Notes under the pieces: model-generated
What the model was told of the DNA's origin: nothing
Database searches by the model: none
The model's input: only the letters and a program-made list of their open reading frames with translations
Origin: Octopus sinensis
Taxonomy: Eukaryota
NCBI RefSeq assembly: GCF_006345805.1
Contig: NC_043008.1
Span: 78,864,001 to 78,928,000, forward strand
Direction: 5' to 3'
DNA: 64,000 nucleotides
Shown here: positions 12,548 through 26,100 of the stretch, piece after piece
Position numbering within the stretch: the stretch's first letter is position 1
How the letters are laid out: every line of letters starts with the position of its first letter
Translations under genes and position numbers: made by a program

Positions 12548-13808
12548 GTTGGCAACTAATTTCCCAGTTTTTTTAATTTTGGAATTTATTGCATTTTTAA
12601 ATTTTGGGATCTATTTTTTCGAGAATTCTATTTTTGAATCATTTTGGAATCGATTTTGTATTTTTTTTCTAGTTTATTTTTGTTTATTTTCAGATCATTA
12701 AAATGGAATGTCAAGTTAAGAAAGACGAGCATTTTCAACACCTCCTTCTTTTTGCTTTTAATCAAGGTTCTAAGGCCGCAAAAGCTGCTCACCACATTTG
12801 TGCTGTGTATGGAGAGAGTGCCATAGCTGAAAGAACCGCTTGTGATTGGTATGCCAAGTTCAAAAATGGAAGTTTTGACCTCAAAGACACATCTCATTCT
12901 GGCTGTCCAGTTGAGTTTGATGAAGAGCGATTAAACAACTTTTGCACGAAAATTCTTGTCAAACGACAAGGGAACTGGCAGAGAAGATGGAATGCTCCCA
13001 CACTGCTATAGAGAAGAATCTTCACTCGATGGGAAAGGTTCAGAAGTATGGAGCATGCATTCTGCATGCTTTAAGTGACGGTAACAAAAATCAGTGCTCC
13101 ACAATCTACGCTGGTTTGCTTGCTCATCACTGCTCAATTCATGAACACAAGCAACAATTTCTTTACTGAATCATTACTGGCGACGAAAAATGGTACCTGT
13201 ATATCAATATGGAGCAGTGTAAGGAATGGCTTAGCCCTGGTAAACAAGCAACACTGCGTGTGAAACAAGATTTTCATCCGCATAAAATAATGTTGTGCAT
13301 ATGGTGGGACTGAGAAGGGATTATCCATTATGAATTGCTTGAACGGAACCAAACAGTCAACGCGGAACTCTATGTTCAACAGATGAAACAACTCAACATG
13401 GCTATTCAAGAGAAAAGACCTAATTGGCAGTATGGAGTTCTTCTGCTGCACGACAATGCCTGCCCTTATATCACCAATATGACCAAGGAAGCCATTCAAA
13501 CGCATGGCTGGGAAATGCTGCCACACCCGCTGTACTCCCCTGATTTGGCACCAAGGGATTTCCACCTCTTTCGATCTCTTTCAAGTGTTATGTGCAGAGT
13601 TTCATTCAATACTGATGCGGAATTGAGAGCTTGGTTGGATCAATTTTTCGAGTCAAAATTGGGTGATTTCTACCAACAAGGTATTGAAAATCTTGTTGAA
13701 CGTTGGGAAGAAGTTGCAAACAACAAGGGTGAATACATTATTGATTAATTAATTGTTATTTTTTATTAAACCTTTTAAAAAATGGCGGGAACTTAGTTGC
13801 CAACCCAA
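12544..13808 (+). mobile_element. Full-length mariner with frameshifted transposase
   Basis: TIRs TTGGGTTGGCAACTAA / TTAGTTGCCAACCCAA, TA on both sides, in (TA)n; transposase fragments including LLHDNA and YSPDLAP. Confidence 0.95.
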
Positions 13809-14089
13809 TATATATATATAAACATATAAGATTGATACCATGCCGTGCAGTTACCCTACCTTCCTGTTCAGTCTCCCTGCCTCTCTTCTTGTGCCCTATT
13901 TTCATGCTATCTTTACCTCCCTCCTTGATGACCCTTAATCTGAATGTTGTATGGGATTGAGGAAATTGTAATTCAATTTAAGTGAATAAACTCTGTACCA
14001 AAGCTCTATGCTACCTGGCAAGCATTTGCACAGATCTTCTTTTCAGGTACTGACAAAAGACTCACAGCGATTGCCTTCCCACTGTCACT

Positions 14090-17000
14090 CCTAAGTACAC
14101 GATTTTAGGACCACTACCATCAACGTTGGCACAATGAAAGCTAGGTCTGCTGAGGTTATTGAAATGATGGAGCATTGCTATGTTGATGTGTGTGGTGTGC
14201 AAGAAGTGAAATGGAAAGAGATCTCAACTAGATTCCTCATGGGTAAGAAACAGAAGTTCAAATTCTTCTGGATAAATAGGTGTGATTGAGTATGCGGTGT
14301 GGGCATACTGTTAGTAGAAAAGTGGGTGAATAAGGTAATTAAGGTAGTCAGAGTATGCAATAAAGTTATTAAGCCGAGACTATCTCAACAACAAATGACA
14401 GAAACTTGGTTATTGTGGCTGGTGACTTTAATGGACATGTTGAGCAGTATTCCCTTGGATTCCATGAAGTACATGATGGTTATGGTTTTGACCCCAGGAA
14501 TGAGGAGGAAACAAGGCCACTGGAGTTCAGTGATGCAAATCAGACAACCACCTAATCACTTATCAGTCTGGTGAGCACAGAAGCCAGATCGATTACCTCT
14601 TCACCTGGCAACAAAATAGGTAGATGCTCACAAATGCAAAGTTTTTCCTAGGTGAAGAGTGTACACTCCAACATAGGCTAATAGTTAGTGACTTCAGAAT
14701 TAGGGCTAGAAAGACTAGGAGAAATAAACCATACTGGTAAAGAAGATTATGGAAGCTCAAAGAACTACAAACCAGCAGAAATTCAGTAACATTCTAATGG
14801 AAGCCCCTGACGATAGAGAGAAACAATTGGAAGTTTCTTTGAGACAATCTACTGAGAACCACAGATCTGTGGCTAGTGCAAAGTCCTAGCTAGGCCAAGG
14901 GTGACATGGAGGTAGAACAAGCAGGCAGACAGCACTATAGAAGCAAGGAAACAAGACTGGAAAGGTAATTGAAGCAGAGAATTATATAAGGTAGCCAGAA
15001 GGAAAGCTAGGTGGCAAGTTTACATAGCAAAAGGAATAGCAGAAAGTAAGAGATTTGCCAGTGTTCTATAGTGTGAGGATTGCAAAGTGGTGTATCAGAG
15101 AGAACAGAGATGTAGTGCAAATGGATAATGTGTGCAAATGGATAATGGTACACTTGCACTTAGTGACTCAGAGGAGAAAGATATGTAGAAGTGTTATTAT
15201 GAAAGTTTACTAAATGTGGAAAATGAATAGGATAAGGAAAGCCTTTCAAATAGCGAACCAGTTGAAGGACCAGCCATCAGAGTTAATAGCAGTATAGTAG
15301 ATAAGACAATTAAAGATATGAAGACAGGAAAAGGGCCTGGACTATCAGGTATTACTGCTGAGAGGATTAAATTATCTGGCAGTGTGGGATATAGTCTAGT
15401 CACTTGCATAGTTAATCAGGTTGTTTAGGAAGGCATCATCCCCAACGACTGGTGTAGTAGTATTATAGTTAGCTGCTACAAGAGTAAAGGTGAAGCTTTA
15501 GATAGAAACAACTACAGAGGTATCAAACTGCTGGACCAAGTCATGGAAATTACAGAGAGAGATATAGCTCAATTTATTAGGAATAGAATTAAACTAAATG
15601 AGATGCAGTTTGGTTTTGTGCCTGGGAGGAGCACCACAGATGCCATCTTCCTTGTGAGACAGCCACAGGAAAAGTATCTGGCTAAAAGTAAGTCATTGTA
15701 CTTAGCTTTCATTGACCTGAAAAGGCTTTTGACAGAGTTATCTGGTAGTCTCTAAGGAAGTTAGGAGTAGAGGAGTGGATTGTTAGAGCTGTACAAGCAG
15801 TGCTGTCAGTAAGGTGAGAGTTGGCCATGAATACAGTGATGAATTTAGCATGCTGGTAGGGGTTCACTAGGGTTCATTCTCAGTCCACACCTATTCATCA
15901 TAGTCCTTCAGTCTATAACAAAGGAATTCAAAACTGGATGCCCATGGGAACAACTATACACTGATGATCTTGCTCTTATTGAAGAATCTGTAGCAAAATT
16001 GGAGAAGAAATTCCATGTATGGAAGCAAAATCTGGAATTAAAGGGCCTTAAAGTTAGTAAAGACCAAAATTGTTGTTAGAAAGAAAGCAGATAAGACTCT
16101 CTTTCCATCAGGTTATTCGCTCTGTTCACTATGTAGGAAAGGAGTGGGAGGTAATTCCATTCACTGCATCAGTGTAAGCTATGGACACATAAGAGATGCA
16201 GTGGAATCACAAGTAGATTAACCGATAAGGTCACCTTTGTGTTTGGCAGATGAGCAGGAACAATAAGAACTAAGAGCACACAAGACTTAGGAGGTTCTCT
16301 TGAGGTAGTAGATAGTTTGATACCTAGGTGACCAAATTAGCAATAGAGGTGGATGCTCTGAAAGTAATTTTTCTAGAATAAGAATAGGATGAAGGAAGTT
16401 CAGAGAGTTATTACCTCTGTTAGCAACAAAAGGATTCTCACTCAGAAGGTAGATTGTATGACACTTATGTAGGAACAGATATACTCCATGATAGTGAGAC
16501 ATTGGCTCTGAATGCAGAAGACGTGTAATCTAGAATGGAACGAAGGCAGTATGTGCAGCATCAATGTGCATGAATGACAAAGCGCAAATGTGTTGAAAGA
16601 AAAGTCAGGGATAAGAGGAATAAGATGCAGTAAGCAAGAGAGGTTTGGCCATGTGGTGCATATGAATGATGACAGTTATATACAGAAGTACTGGTCACTG
16701 AAAGAGGACGGTACCGGTGGAAGAGGGAGACCCAGAAAGACATGAGATAAAGTGGGTGAGGACCGATCTCAGGATGTTTGAGCTCACAAAGGAAATGACA
16801 GTGGACTGAGATGTCTGGTGATATGAGGTTCTAGAGAAGACCTCTCCTCATCAGTAAAACTGAGTTCTAGAAGCATACATAACATTAAAATTTTAAACAC
16901 CCTACCCCAACAAACCAAACTACATCTCCTCTCCCAAACATCTCCTCTTCCTCACATTTCCTCTTCATACACTATGATTAACTCCCACTCCTCAATCCTA

Positions 17001-17483
17001 TCCTCACTATCCTGCTCGCTGTATTGTTGCTTTCCCCACCCCCTCTATATATATATCCAGGTTCTCACTAGACACTGCATTCCCCACCCCTACTCCCTAT
17101 TCATGCCTTCTTGACAATACCCTGCCATGTATATTATGACCTCTATACCTCGAGGGTATGCCCTTGGCGCTTGCCACCATTTACCTCTCACTTCCTTACT
17201 CTACCATCTATGCTCTGATCCCCATTCCTTGTGAGTATATCTCTCTCCCTCCTTCTTTTACTTTTCCTGCTGGCTAGGTAACCATGTACCTTCTTTACAG
17301 CAGCACACCTATTTCAATTCCCTTTTTGTTAACTTTCTCTCTCTCTCCCTCTCTCTTTCTGGGTAACCATGTATTTCCTCTACAGCAGCACACCTGTTTC
17401 TACTTCTGGTTAGGTAACCATGTATCTTCTTTACAGCAGCACACTTGTTTCTGTCCTCTTTTTGTTAACTCTCTCTCTTTTTC

Positions 17484-17531
<48 letters not shown>

Positions 17532-17980
17532 CTCTCTCTCTGGCTGGGTAACCATGTATCTCCTCTACAGCAAGATATCAGTTTCTATCTCTGTCACATT
17601 CTAACCTTTCATTATCTGATACAAGATCACCCCTTTCGATGCCCCCTTCCCTCTCAAAGATTCTTTGTCTTGCAAGTTACTTGGTGACCTTGTCAGTGCC
17701 ATGTAAAAAGCATCCAGTCACATTGTAAAGTGGTTGGCATTTGGAAGGGCATCCAGGTGTAAAATCCATGCCAAAACTGACCTCGCCTGTACTAGTGCCA
17801 CATAAAAAGCACTAGCCCACTCTACAGGGTAGTTGGTGTTAGGAAGTACTTCCAGCCATAAAAACCATGTCAAAACGGACTCAGAAGTACAATGCAGTCT
17901 TCTGCCTCACCAGCTCCTGTCAAGCCATCCAACCCATGACAGCATGGAAGACAGACATTAAATGATGATGATGATGATGG
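14090..17980 (+). mobile_element. Near-full-length degenerate RTE-clade LINE (APE, RT, long 3' UTR)
   Basis: INVGTMK...VCGVQEVKWK (APE start), QFGFVPGRSTTDAIFL...AFIDL, LYTDDL; pyrimidine-rich UTR and (ATG)n tail. Confidence 0.8.
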
Positions 17981-18129
17981 AATTATTTTATAACTACGTG
18001 TCTAAGTTAATGTACCATACAGATTTGTAGAGGAAGTGTCACAAAATATATCAATAATCTATGATATTAGCAAATAAAGATCAGACATAGTGTATTATTC
18101 ATGAAGATTTACCCTTCATCCATGTCCTG

Positions 18130-18460
18130 CACATGTGCTGTACAATCACACAAAATACACTGACACAAAAATACAATATCAATGAGAATTACTTCAAACT
18201 GTATCTGAGAAAAACATGTAAAATCATTAATAATTATGATCTCTATGGGGATGTACTCCTGTATTGTCTGAGTGTTGGGTCCTTCAGATGCTTGGCTAAA
18301 ATGCAGATATCAAGTTGACCCATTGTGCCTCCATGTTGGTCTTTGGCATGTTGGTAGAGTATGGAGCACTGTTTTTTGTCTCAAATGTTCATTTAGTCTC
18401 TCTGCAATGTTTCTAGATGTCTCACCAATATGTATATCATGTTCTTAAATGTTCAACCAA
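18130..18460 (-). mobile_element. Penelope-like GIY-YIG fragment
   Basis: Reverse complement of ~18365-18445 reads DIHIGETSRNIAERLNEHL. Confidence 0.5.
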
Positions 18461-18751
18461 AAGTGAAGGTAATTAACACCATTAAAATGAAACTAATCAT
18501 TTTATCAATGAAAGGATGAGATCCTTAGAGTGGAGGTAATACTAAGTCATATGTCTCTGCTTACTATGTATTGTACACTAGCAATATGTAGCATGTGGGT
18601 AGTTATAACAACTCAATCATCCATCCCACCTCTCTTTTTTATCCCAATGCATGGCACCATGATCAGGTATCTTCTGTTATAACTCCATGGAGTGGATTTA
18701 TAGACAAAAACTATATGAATCCAGCTATATATATATATATATATATATATT

Positions 18752-20420
18752 TAAGAATTCCGGGTAGAGGTAGGGGTCCACCAATGTTCGGTCCTCAGCC
18801 CCCTCCTATTTATCATAGTCCTCCAGACAATAACAGAGAAATTCAAGACAGGATGCCTCTGGGAGCTCCTCTATGCTGATGACCTTGCTCTAATTGCTGA
18901 GTCACTATCAGAACTAGAGGAGACGTTTCAGGTGTAGAAGCAAGGATTAGAATCGAAGGGCCTTAGAGTCAACCTAGCTAAAACCAGTCTTAATAAGTAG
19001 GAAGTCAGACAAACCACAAATGCCTTCAGGAAGATGGCCCAGCTCATCTGTAGAAAAGGCAAAGGTAGAAACTCTATAAGATGTACCCAGTGTAACCTAT
19101 GGACACATAAGAGGTGCAGAATATCAAAGGGAAGCTAACTGGGAAAATAGTTTTTGTATGTGGCAGATGCTCAGGAGTAATAAACACTGAAAATGTGCAG
19201 AGAACAACTTCTGCCACATTCCAGGGAGAAAAACTGCAAGAAGTTGACAGCTTCTGTTACCTGGGTGACCGAGTTAGTAGTAGGGGTGGATGTTCTGAAG
19301 TGTAGCTGCTAGAATAAGAATAGCCTGGGCAAAGTTCAGAGAGCTCCTACCTCTGCTGGTGACAAAGGGCCTATCGCTCAGAGTAAAAGGTAGACTGTAT
19401 GAAGCATGTGTATGAACAACCATGCTAGATGGCAGTGAGAAGCATGGACCATGACTGCTGAGGACAGGCATAAGCTTGCAAGGAATGAAGCCGGTATGCT
19501 CCACTGGATGTGTAATGTCAGAGTGTATACATGACAGAGTGTAAGTGCCTTGAGAGGAGAGTTAAACCTAAGAAGCATCAGATGTGGTGTGCAAGAGAGA
19601 CAACTGTGCTGGTATGGTCATGTGGTGAGAATGGATTAGGATAGCTGTGTGAAAAAGTGTCACACCCTAGCACCTGTGGAAGAGATAGACCCAGGAAGAC
19701 CTGGGATGAGGTGGTAAAGCACAATCATCAAACGTTAGGCCTCACCAAGGCAATGACTAGTGACTGAGACCTTTGGAAATATGCTGTGCTTAAGAAGACC
19801 CGGCAAACCAAGTGAGACCATAACCCGTGGCCTATGCCAGTGGTGTAACCAGCCCACTTACGCGTACCTTTCTTTCATTGGACACTAAACTTTGCTTGCA
19901 AAAACCTGTTGAGGCAAGTGAAGTTGAAAGCAAATTTGCTGAAGTGGCCAATGATAGCACTGCTTGACTGGCATCCATGCTAGTGGTACATTAAGAGCAC
20001 CATCCAGGCATGATCATTGCCAGGACCGCTGACTGGCTCCCATGTCAGTGGCACGTAAAAAGCACCATTCGAGCATGATCGTTACTATCATCACCTTACT
20101 GGCACTTGTGCTGGTGGCACATGAAAAGCAACATTCAAGCAAAGTCGTTGCCAGTGCCGCTGGACTGGATCCTGTGCAAGCAGCACATAAAAACACCACT
20201 TGAGCATGGCCAGTACCTCCAGATTGGCCCTCATGCTGATGGCACATAAAAGCACCCACTACACTCTCGGAGTGGTTGGCATTAGGAAGGGCATCCAGCT
20301 GGAGAAACTCTGCCAGATCAGATTGGAGCCTGATGCAGCCATCTGGCTCGCCAGTCCTCAGTCAAACCATCCAACCCATGCTAGCATGGAAAGCAGATGT
20401 TAAATGATGATGATGATGAT
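18752..20420 (+). mobile_element. RTE-clade LINE, 5'-truncated
   Basis: VGVHQCSVLSPLLFIIVL...LLYADDLALIAE, FCYLGD; 3' UTR with tandem repeats and (ATG)n tail. Confidence 0.85.
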
Positions 20421-20423
20421 ACA

Positions 20424-20459
<36 letters not shown>

Positions 20460-20461
20460 TG

Positions 20462-21715
20462 CAGGGGTTGGACAAAATAATGGAAATACTTTAAAATTTC
20501 AAACAAATTTATTTTAATATGGGGTAGGACCACCTTTGACAGTAATTACAGCTTCAATTCTACAAGATATGGGCTCATACAAAGTTTGAATTGTTTCCAA
20601 AGGAATTTTTGTCCATTCTTCAATTAAAACAGTCTTTAGTTCTTGTTGTAATGATGGTGGAGGATATTGACTCTTTACTTGTTTTTCCATAAATGTTCAA
20701 TAATATTGAGATCTTGGGACTGTGGTGGCCAGATAAGATGTTCAACTTCACTAGAATGTTCCTCGTACCATTCAGTAGCAACCTTAGCTGTGTGAATTAG
20801 TACATTATCATCCTGAAAGATTGTGTTTCCCTTCAGAAACAATTCCGCAACCATAGGATGAATTTGATCAGATAAAATGCTTAAATAGTCTTGACTATTA
20901 ATTCTGCGATGAAGGGAAACCATTGGGCCTGCAGATTTCTAAGATACAGCCCCCACCCTACCAGATAATCACAGATCTTCCTCCATGTTGGAAGAAGGCA
21001 GTCTGGGTTAAATGCTTCTTTTGACTGTTTCCACATGTATACTGGTGGTTAGAAATAAGGTAAAGGATGACTCGTCTGAGAAAATAACATTCTTCCACTG
21101 CTTTAGGGACCAATTCTTTAGGTTTTTACACATCTAAACGCTTTGCAATGTTTGTTTTTGAAAGCAGTGGTTTTCTGATTGCATCCCTCTCATGAAATCC
21201 AGCTTTGTGCAGCTCCCAGCAAACTGCTTTTGTGGAAACTGGATTCTCAAGGTGATCATTAACCCCTGCAGTAATTTTGGGAGCTGTATTTTTGAGATCC
21301 TTTCTAACAAATCACATAAGAGTCCGACGGTCCCTATCTGAAAGTTTTGGTTTCCTTCTGGAGTTTTGTTTCAATGAGGAGATTTCTCCCTCTTTCTCAA
21401 AGACTGTCATTACTTTCAAGTCAGTACTTCTTGATACACCAAACCTTTCAGCTGTTTTCATTAAGCTAATGCCTGCCATACGAGCACCAACAATTTGACC
21501 TCTTTGAAAGTCTGATAGATGTGTCATTTTAATGAATTTTAATTACCTTTTTCTGATTATATCTGAAAAGAAACAGCAATTTTCGCAAAACATATTAAGC
21601 AACACTAATGATAAATCAAAAACATAAAAATAAACAAGCTTTTGACGGTTTTATAGATATTTCAAAATTATGAAGCTATGATGCTAGATGTTTCCATTAT
21701 TTTGTCCAAGTCCTG
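20462..21715 (-). mobile_element. Tc1-like DNA transposon with both TIRs
   Basis: TIR CAGGGGTTGGACAAAATAATGGAAA and TTTCCATTATTTTGTCCAAGTCCTG; ORF 21312-21527 (LSDFQRGQIVGAR, paired-like HTH) and 20675-20923 (FQDDN...WPPQSQDLNIIEHLW). Confidence 0.95.
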
Positions 21716-21769
21716 TATATATATATATGCATGTATGTAAGTACGTAAGTGTATATGCATTTCAGCATG

Positions 21770-21955
21770 TTGAACCATTAATCCCTAGTCATATTTTTTC
21801 TCTCTCCAATTTCTTAACTCTTAATGCTTTCTATTGAAGAGCATAGGCTCGAAACATCAAAGACTTTCACATTCTTCTCAAGCTTTAGACTAAAACACCT
21901 GCTTGTTGTTTCTTCACCTGTCTTTGTCTTTTATTTTCTGTAAATTTGAACTATA
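21770..21955 (+). mobile_element. Penelope-like terminal repeat fragment with hammerhead-like motif
   Basis: TTGAAGAG CATAGG CTC GAAACATC AAAGAC at 21834-21864 followed by a T-rich tail. Confidence 0.4.
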
Positions 21956-22611
21956 TAAATGTGGATAATCTAGGACCTGTTCTTGGTCTGTTAATGGCTA
22001 GGTGTTTCAGACAAGTATATACTGGTATTGATGTAGCGACATTTGAGTTTTTATCCAGGTAAATATAGCCAATGAGAACTAATCAAATTTATGTTAACAA
22101 ACGTAATTTGGAAAGTTTAAAATCTAGGTGGTAGATTATCCACATCTGGGTTGTACATTTATTTAATGTTCTTCCTATAGGTAAGATGAAATTTTCTATG
22201 CCCGATAACATTTTGCCAGTATATATATACACTGAAGTTTACTATATATAGCGTTGTATAGTATCAACTGCTATTTCCAGTAAATATTGGTGCGTTGTTG
22301 TACAACTATCTTATTTCTACTTTAACCTGATGGTGCTTTGTTTTACTAGGAAGCAATACTATTATATTGCACTATTTAATCATTTTACATATATATATAT
22401 TTATATATACAGATAAGGAAATAATTTTATTTTCAAACACAGGATAATGCTAATAATATAGCATGAACAGGATGAACTACACATATTTTGCAGAAAACGC
22501 TTTCGATGGCCAGCCATGAGACTCGAACTCACATCCCTGTGATTATGCGTTTGTGAATAAAATTATTACCCTATCTGTATCTTTCAATACATCTCAACAT
22601 CTCAACACTTC

Positions 22612-22990
22612 TAGGAGTGGCTGTGTGGTAAGTAGCTTGCTTACCAACCATGTGGTTCCAGGTTCAGTCCCACTGTGTGGCAACTTTGGGCAAGTGTCTT
22701 CTACTATAACCTCAGGCCAACCAAAGCCTTGTGAGTGTATTTGGTAGATGGAAACTGAAAGAAGTCCATTGTGTGTGCGTGTGTGTGTGTGTGTGTGTGT
22801 TTGTGTGCTTGTCACTTGACAACCGATGCAGGTGTGTTTACATCCTCACAGTTCAGCAAAAGAGACCAATAGAATAAGTACCAGACTTACAAAGAATAAG
22901 TCTTGGGTCGATTTGCCCCACTAAAGGCGATGCTCCAGTACGGCCGCAGTTAAATGACTAAAACAAGTAAAAGAATAAAAGAATAAAAAG
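22612..22990 (+). mobile_element. Full-length tRNA-derived SINE with CR1-like 3' tail
   Basis: A/B-box-like head (GTGGCTGTGTGGTAAG...GGTTCAGTCCC), CORE-like TTTGGGCAAGTGTCTT, internal (TG)n, tail GGCCGCAGTTAAATGACTAAAAC then AAAAGAAT repeats. Confidence 0.8.
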
Positions 22991-23064
22991 AATATATATA
23001 CCTGTATATATAGATATATGCACATATATATACATTTATATATATATATGTATATATGTATATG

Positions 23065-23099
<35 letters not shown>

Positions 23100-23149
23100 G
23101 TATATATATATATATATATATATGTAGAGAGAGAGAGAGAGAGAGAGAG

Positions 23150-26100
23150 TTTTTTCATGGGGCAAATCCAGGTTTTTGCAAATTACCTAGTGAATATATT
23201 GTGCAGCTCTATCATGCCTGTTGAAGTACTCTGTAGGCGCTAGAAGACTGCATTTGGAGACAACATGATCAATGTTTTCATTTTGTTGTCGGCATACACG
23301 ACATGTTGGGCTACTGCTGTTCTTTAATATGTTGGCCCAGTAGTTTCTTGTTGGTAGGCATTGATCTTGAGCTGCTATGATAAACCCTTCTGTTTCAGAT
23401 TTTAAGCCAGAGGCCATTAGCCATTGATGGGTCAGGGTTTTGTCAATATCTGCATTATTTGCTCTCTTTGGGTATTTGCCACAGAGAGGTTTTTCTTGCC
23501 ATTTATTATTCAGAATATCTAAGGCCGCAGTTTTGGCATGGGTTTTCATGCGCCTAGCTTTTTCTGTGCTTGTTTCTTGTATGTCTATCTCTAATTCCGA
23601 AATTTGTTGTATTCGGAATTCACTTAGATATTCCTTTGCCTGTTTTGTTACTGAGTATGATGCTTTCTTGTTTTCATGTTTTGAGACACGTTTTAACATC
23701 CAGTCCTCAGATTTTTTCAGGTAGGTGTCTAGGCCAATTGTAGCAATCTTCATTGTTATTGCCAGTTGCAAAAGACCATGGCCTCCCTCTTTTCTTGGCA
23801 GATAAAGTCGTTCTGTATCTGCCTTAGGGTGGTGCATTCTATGCATTGTCAACAGTTTTCTTATTTTTCTGTCGAACTGACATATTTCAGTAATTGACCA
23901 GTTAACGATATTGAAACTGTAAGTCACGACTGGTATGGCTAATGCATTGATCGCTTCGATCCTGTTTCTTGCATTCAGCTCTGTCTTGAGTATTGCTCTC
24001 ACTCTTCGATAACATTCTCTCCTGATCCTTTCCTTCATCTCTGACTGCCTTATTCCGTTCCCTTCAATTACCCCTAGGAACTTGTAGCTCTCCGCTGAGT
24101 CTAGTTCTTTTATGACATTCTGCTGGTCAAGGTTAACGTTAGATGTTTCTGTCATTTTTCCTTTGATAAAGGTAGCTTTTGCACATTTATAGCCGTAGGA
24201 TCCACGTTTACATCCTTTCTGTTCATTAGGGAATATGCTACTGTCTGTTAAAAAACTATAAGTATATTCCGTCAGGATAGATGTTAGCATTTTATACATA
24301 GTTGTTAAGCAGGTTATGGGTCTATAGTTTTTTGGTTCATTTGTTTCTTCACTTTTTGGAAGCAGGAATGTTAACCCATTAACTAGCCAAGGAGGCATCC
24401 TACTAGGGTGTTGCAACACATCATTGTACAGTTCTGTTAGCAGTTCATGGCTCTCTGGGAAGGCATTCAGCCAGAAGTTAAGAATTTTATCCTTTCCTGG
24501 AGACTTCCATTTGCTTGACCTGAGAGCAGATCTTATATCCTCTACCTTGACACCCTCCCACTTTTGCTCTTCTAAGGGGTCCAGTTCTGTAGATATTCTG
24601 TCAATCCAGGGGGCCTTTTCATTGTGTGTTTTTTCTTCTGCCCAAATTTTATTCCAAAATCCTTGCACTTCTTCTTTTGATGGTACAGACCTTGCAGTAA
24701 ACGCTGTTTTTCCTATCTTCCTGTAAAAATTCTTGGGGTTATTTTTGAACATGTTGTTGTCCTTGAAAAATCTAACACACTTTTCATACCTCGCTATGCG
24801 GGCAGCTTTGGCAGATACCTTTTGTTTGATGGTTTCTATGGTGGCATCAATATCAAGTATAGTTTTCATATTGTATTTTTTCAGTAATTTTTGGGTTTTT
24901 GTAGGTTTGATAGTCTTGTGAACCTTAAGGTTTTTCAAATATTCAATGTCAGATCTAAATAGTTTAATTTGTTGTTGCAAACGCTCTTGCCAAGAAGGCT
25001 TTTTGTGGGAATGTTGCCGTTTTCTAATCTTTACACCACATAGGATCGTTGAGATTTTCGCAGATGCATAGTATAGGTGGTTGAGATTTGTGATATCAAC
25101 ATCATTAGCTGAAATTATATCCTTAAGTGCAAGCCGGATTTTACCAATTATTTTCATGTTTTGGTTAGAGTTGCAGATTTTAGGGAGTGTATCACGTTCA
25201 TCCATGCTGGTTTCTTTAATTTTCAGCCATTCAATCATGATTTGATTTTTTAGCTCATGTAGTTCTGTTGGGTCAATATTTGTGTGACTTTCTTTATCTA
25301 TTTGATGTTCATCTGTCTTAGTGTTTATGATTGGTTCAGGGAGTATTTCACTTTGCCTATCACTTATACTAACTCTTTCAATCCTTACTTCATTTTTATC
25401 AGCCCTGGGCTGGTCTATAATTATTTCCTCTGTATTATCTTCTCTAGCTGCAGCTTCGTTCATTTTATCCAATATTGCTTGTCTAACTTGATCAATCTCT
25501 ACTTCAGTCAGTAATTTTTTTTTTATAATGTTTCTTCTGATGTTGGCAAGTTTGTTACTGTCTATGTAGGGTCTTACTTCAGGGTGTTTCTGTCTCCAGT
25601 TTAAGTATGTTTGTACAGTGTTAGATTTATCTGTTGGGAAATATATGGCATGGTAGAAGGCCTCAAGAACTTCTTTATTATCTTCCCTAGACCATTTTTC
25701 CTTCTTTTTCTTTTGATTATTTGGTGACGAGCATGGATGGCCATCTGTTGGAATATTCCGGTTGTGGGGTACGTCCAGTTCCTGTGTGTTGGGAAGATTT
25801 GATCCAGTAGCTGATTTTTCAATCAGAATTTGGTTCAATTTTCGGGTACGTGGTCTTTTGTAATCCGCGTGACGACCAATGCGGTTTATAGTTTGATTTG
25901 TTGACATTGAAGCATAACGAGCTTCCATTCTTACATTAGGAGATGGATCTGTCAGTTTAGGGTTCTCTACACATAAGCATTGCTTCTTAAGGCTAGCAGA
26001 TCTGTATTCGGCTGTATTATTTTTGTTGATAGTTTTATCTCCAAACATTTTTTTCCTCCTTCTCTTCCTTTTTTCCTCTCTCTTTCTCTCTATCTCCTTC

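Noticed and set aside
12544-13808. Same length (1265 bp) as the mariner at 39967-41231
   Set aside because: Different TIRs and subfamilies; mariners cluster near 1.3 kb, so this is coincidence.
18110-18205. Possible exon ending DMDE|GTAAAT
   Set aside because: Wrong phase, overlaps a Penelope fragment, and the SC-containing exon is at 9986-9903.
19983-20262. CRISPR array
   Set aside because: Eukaryotic context, no cas genes, and the variable parts are related to each other; it is a LINE 3' UTR repeat.
22505-22560. tRNA-like B-box (GTTCGAGTC) on the - strand
   Set aside because: Only a partial arm and no cloverleaf; probably a SINE head remnant.
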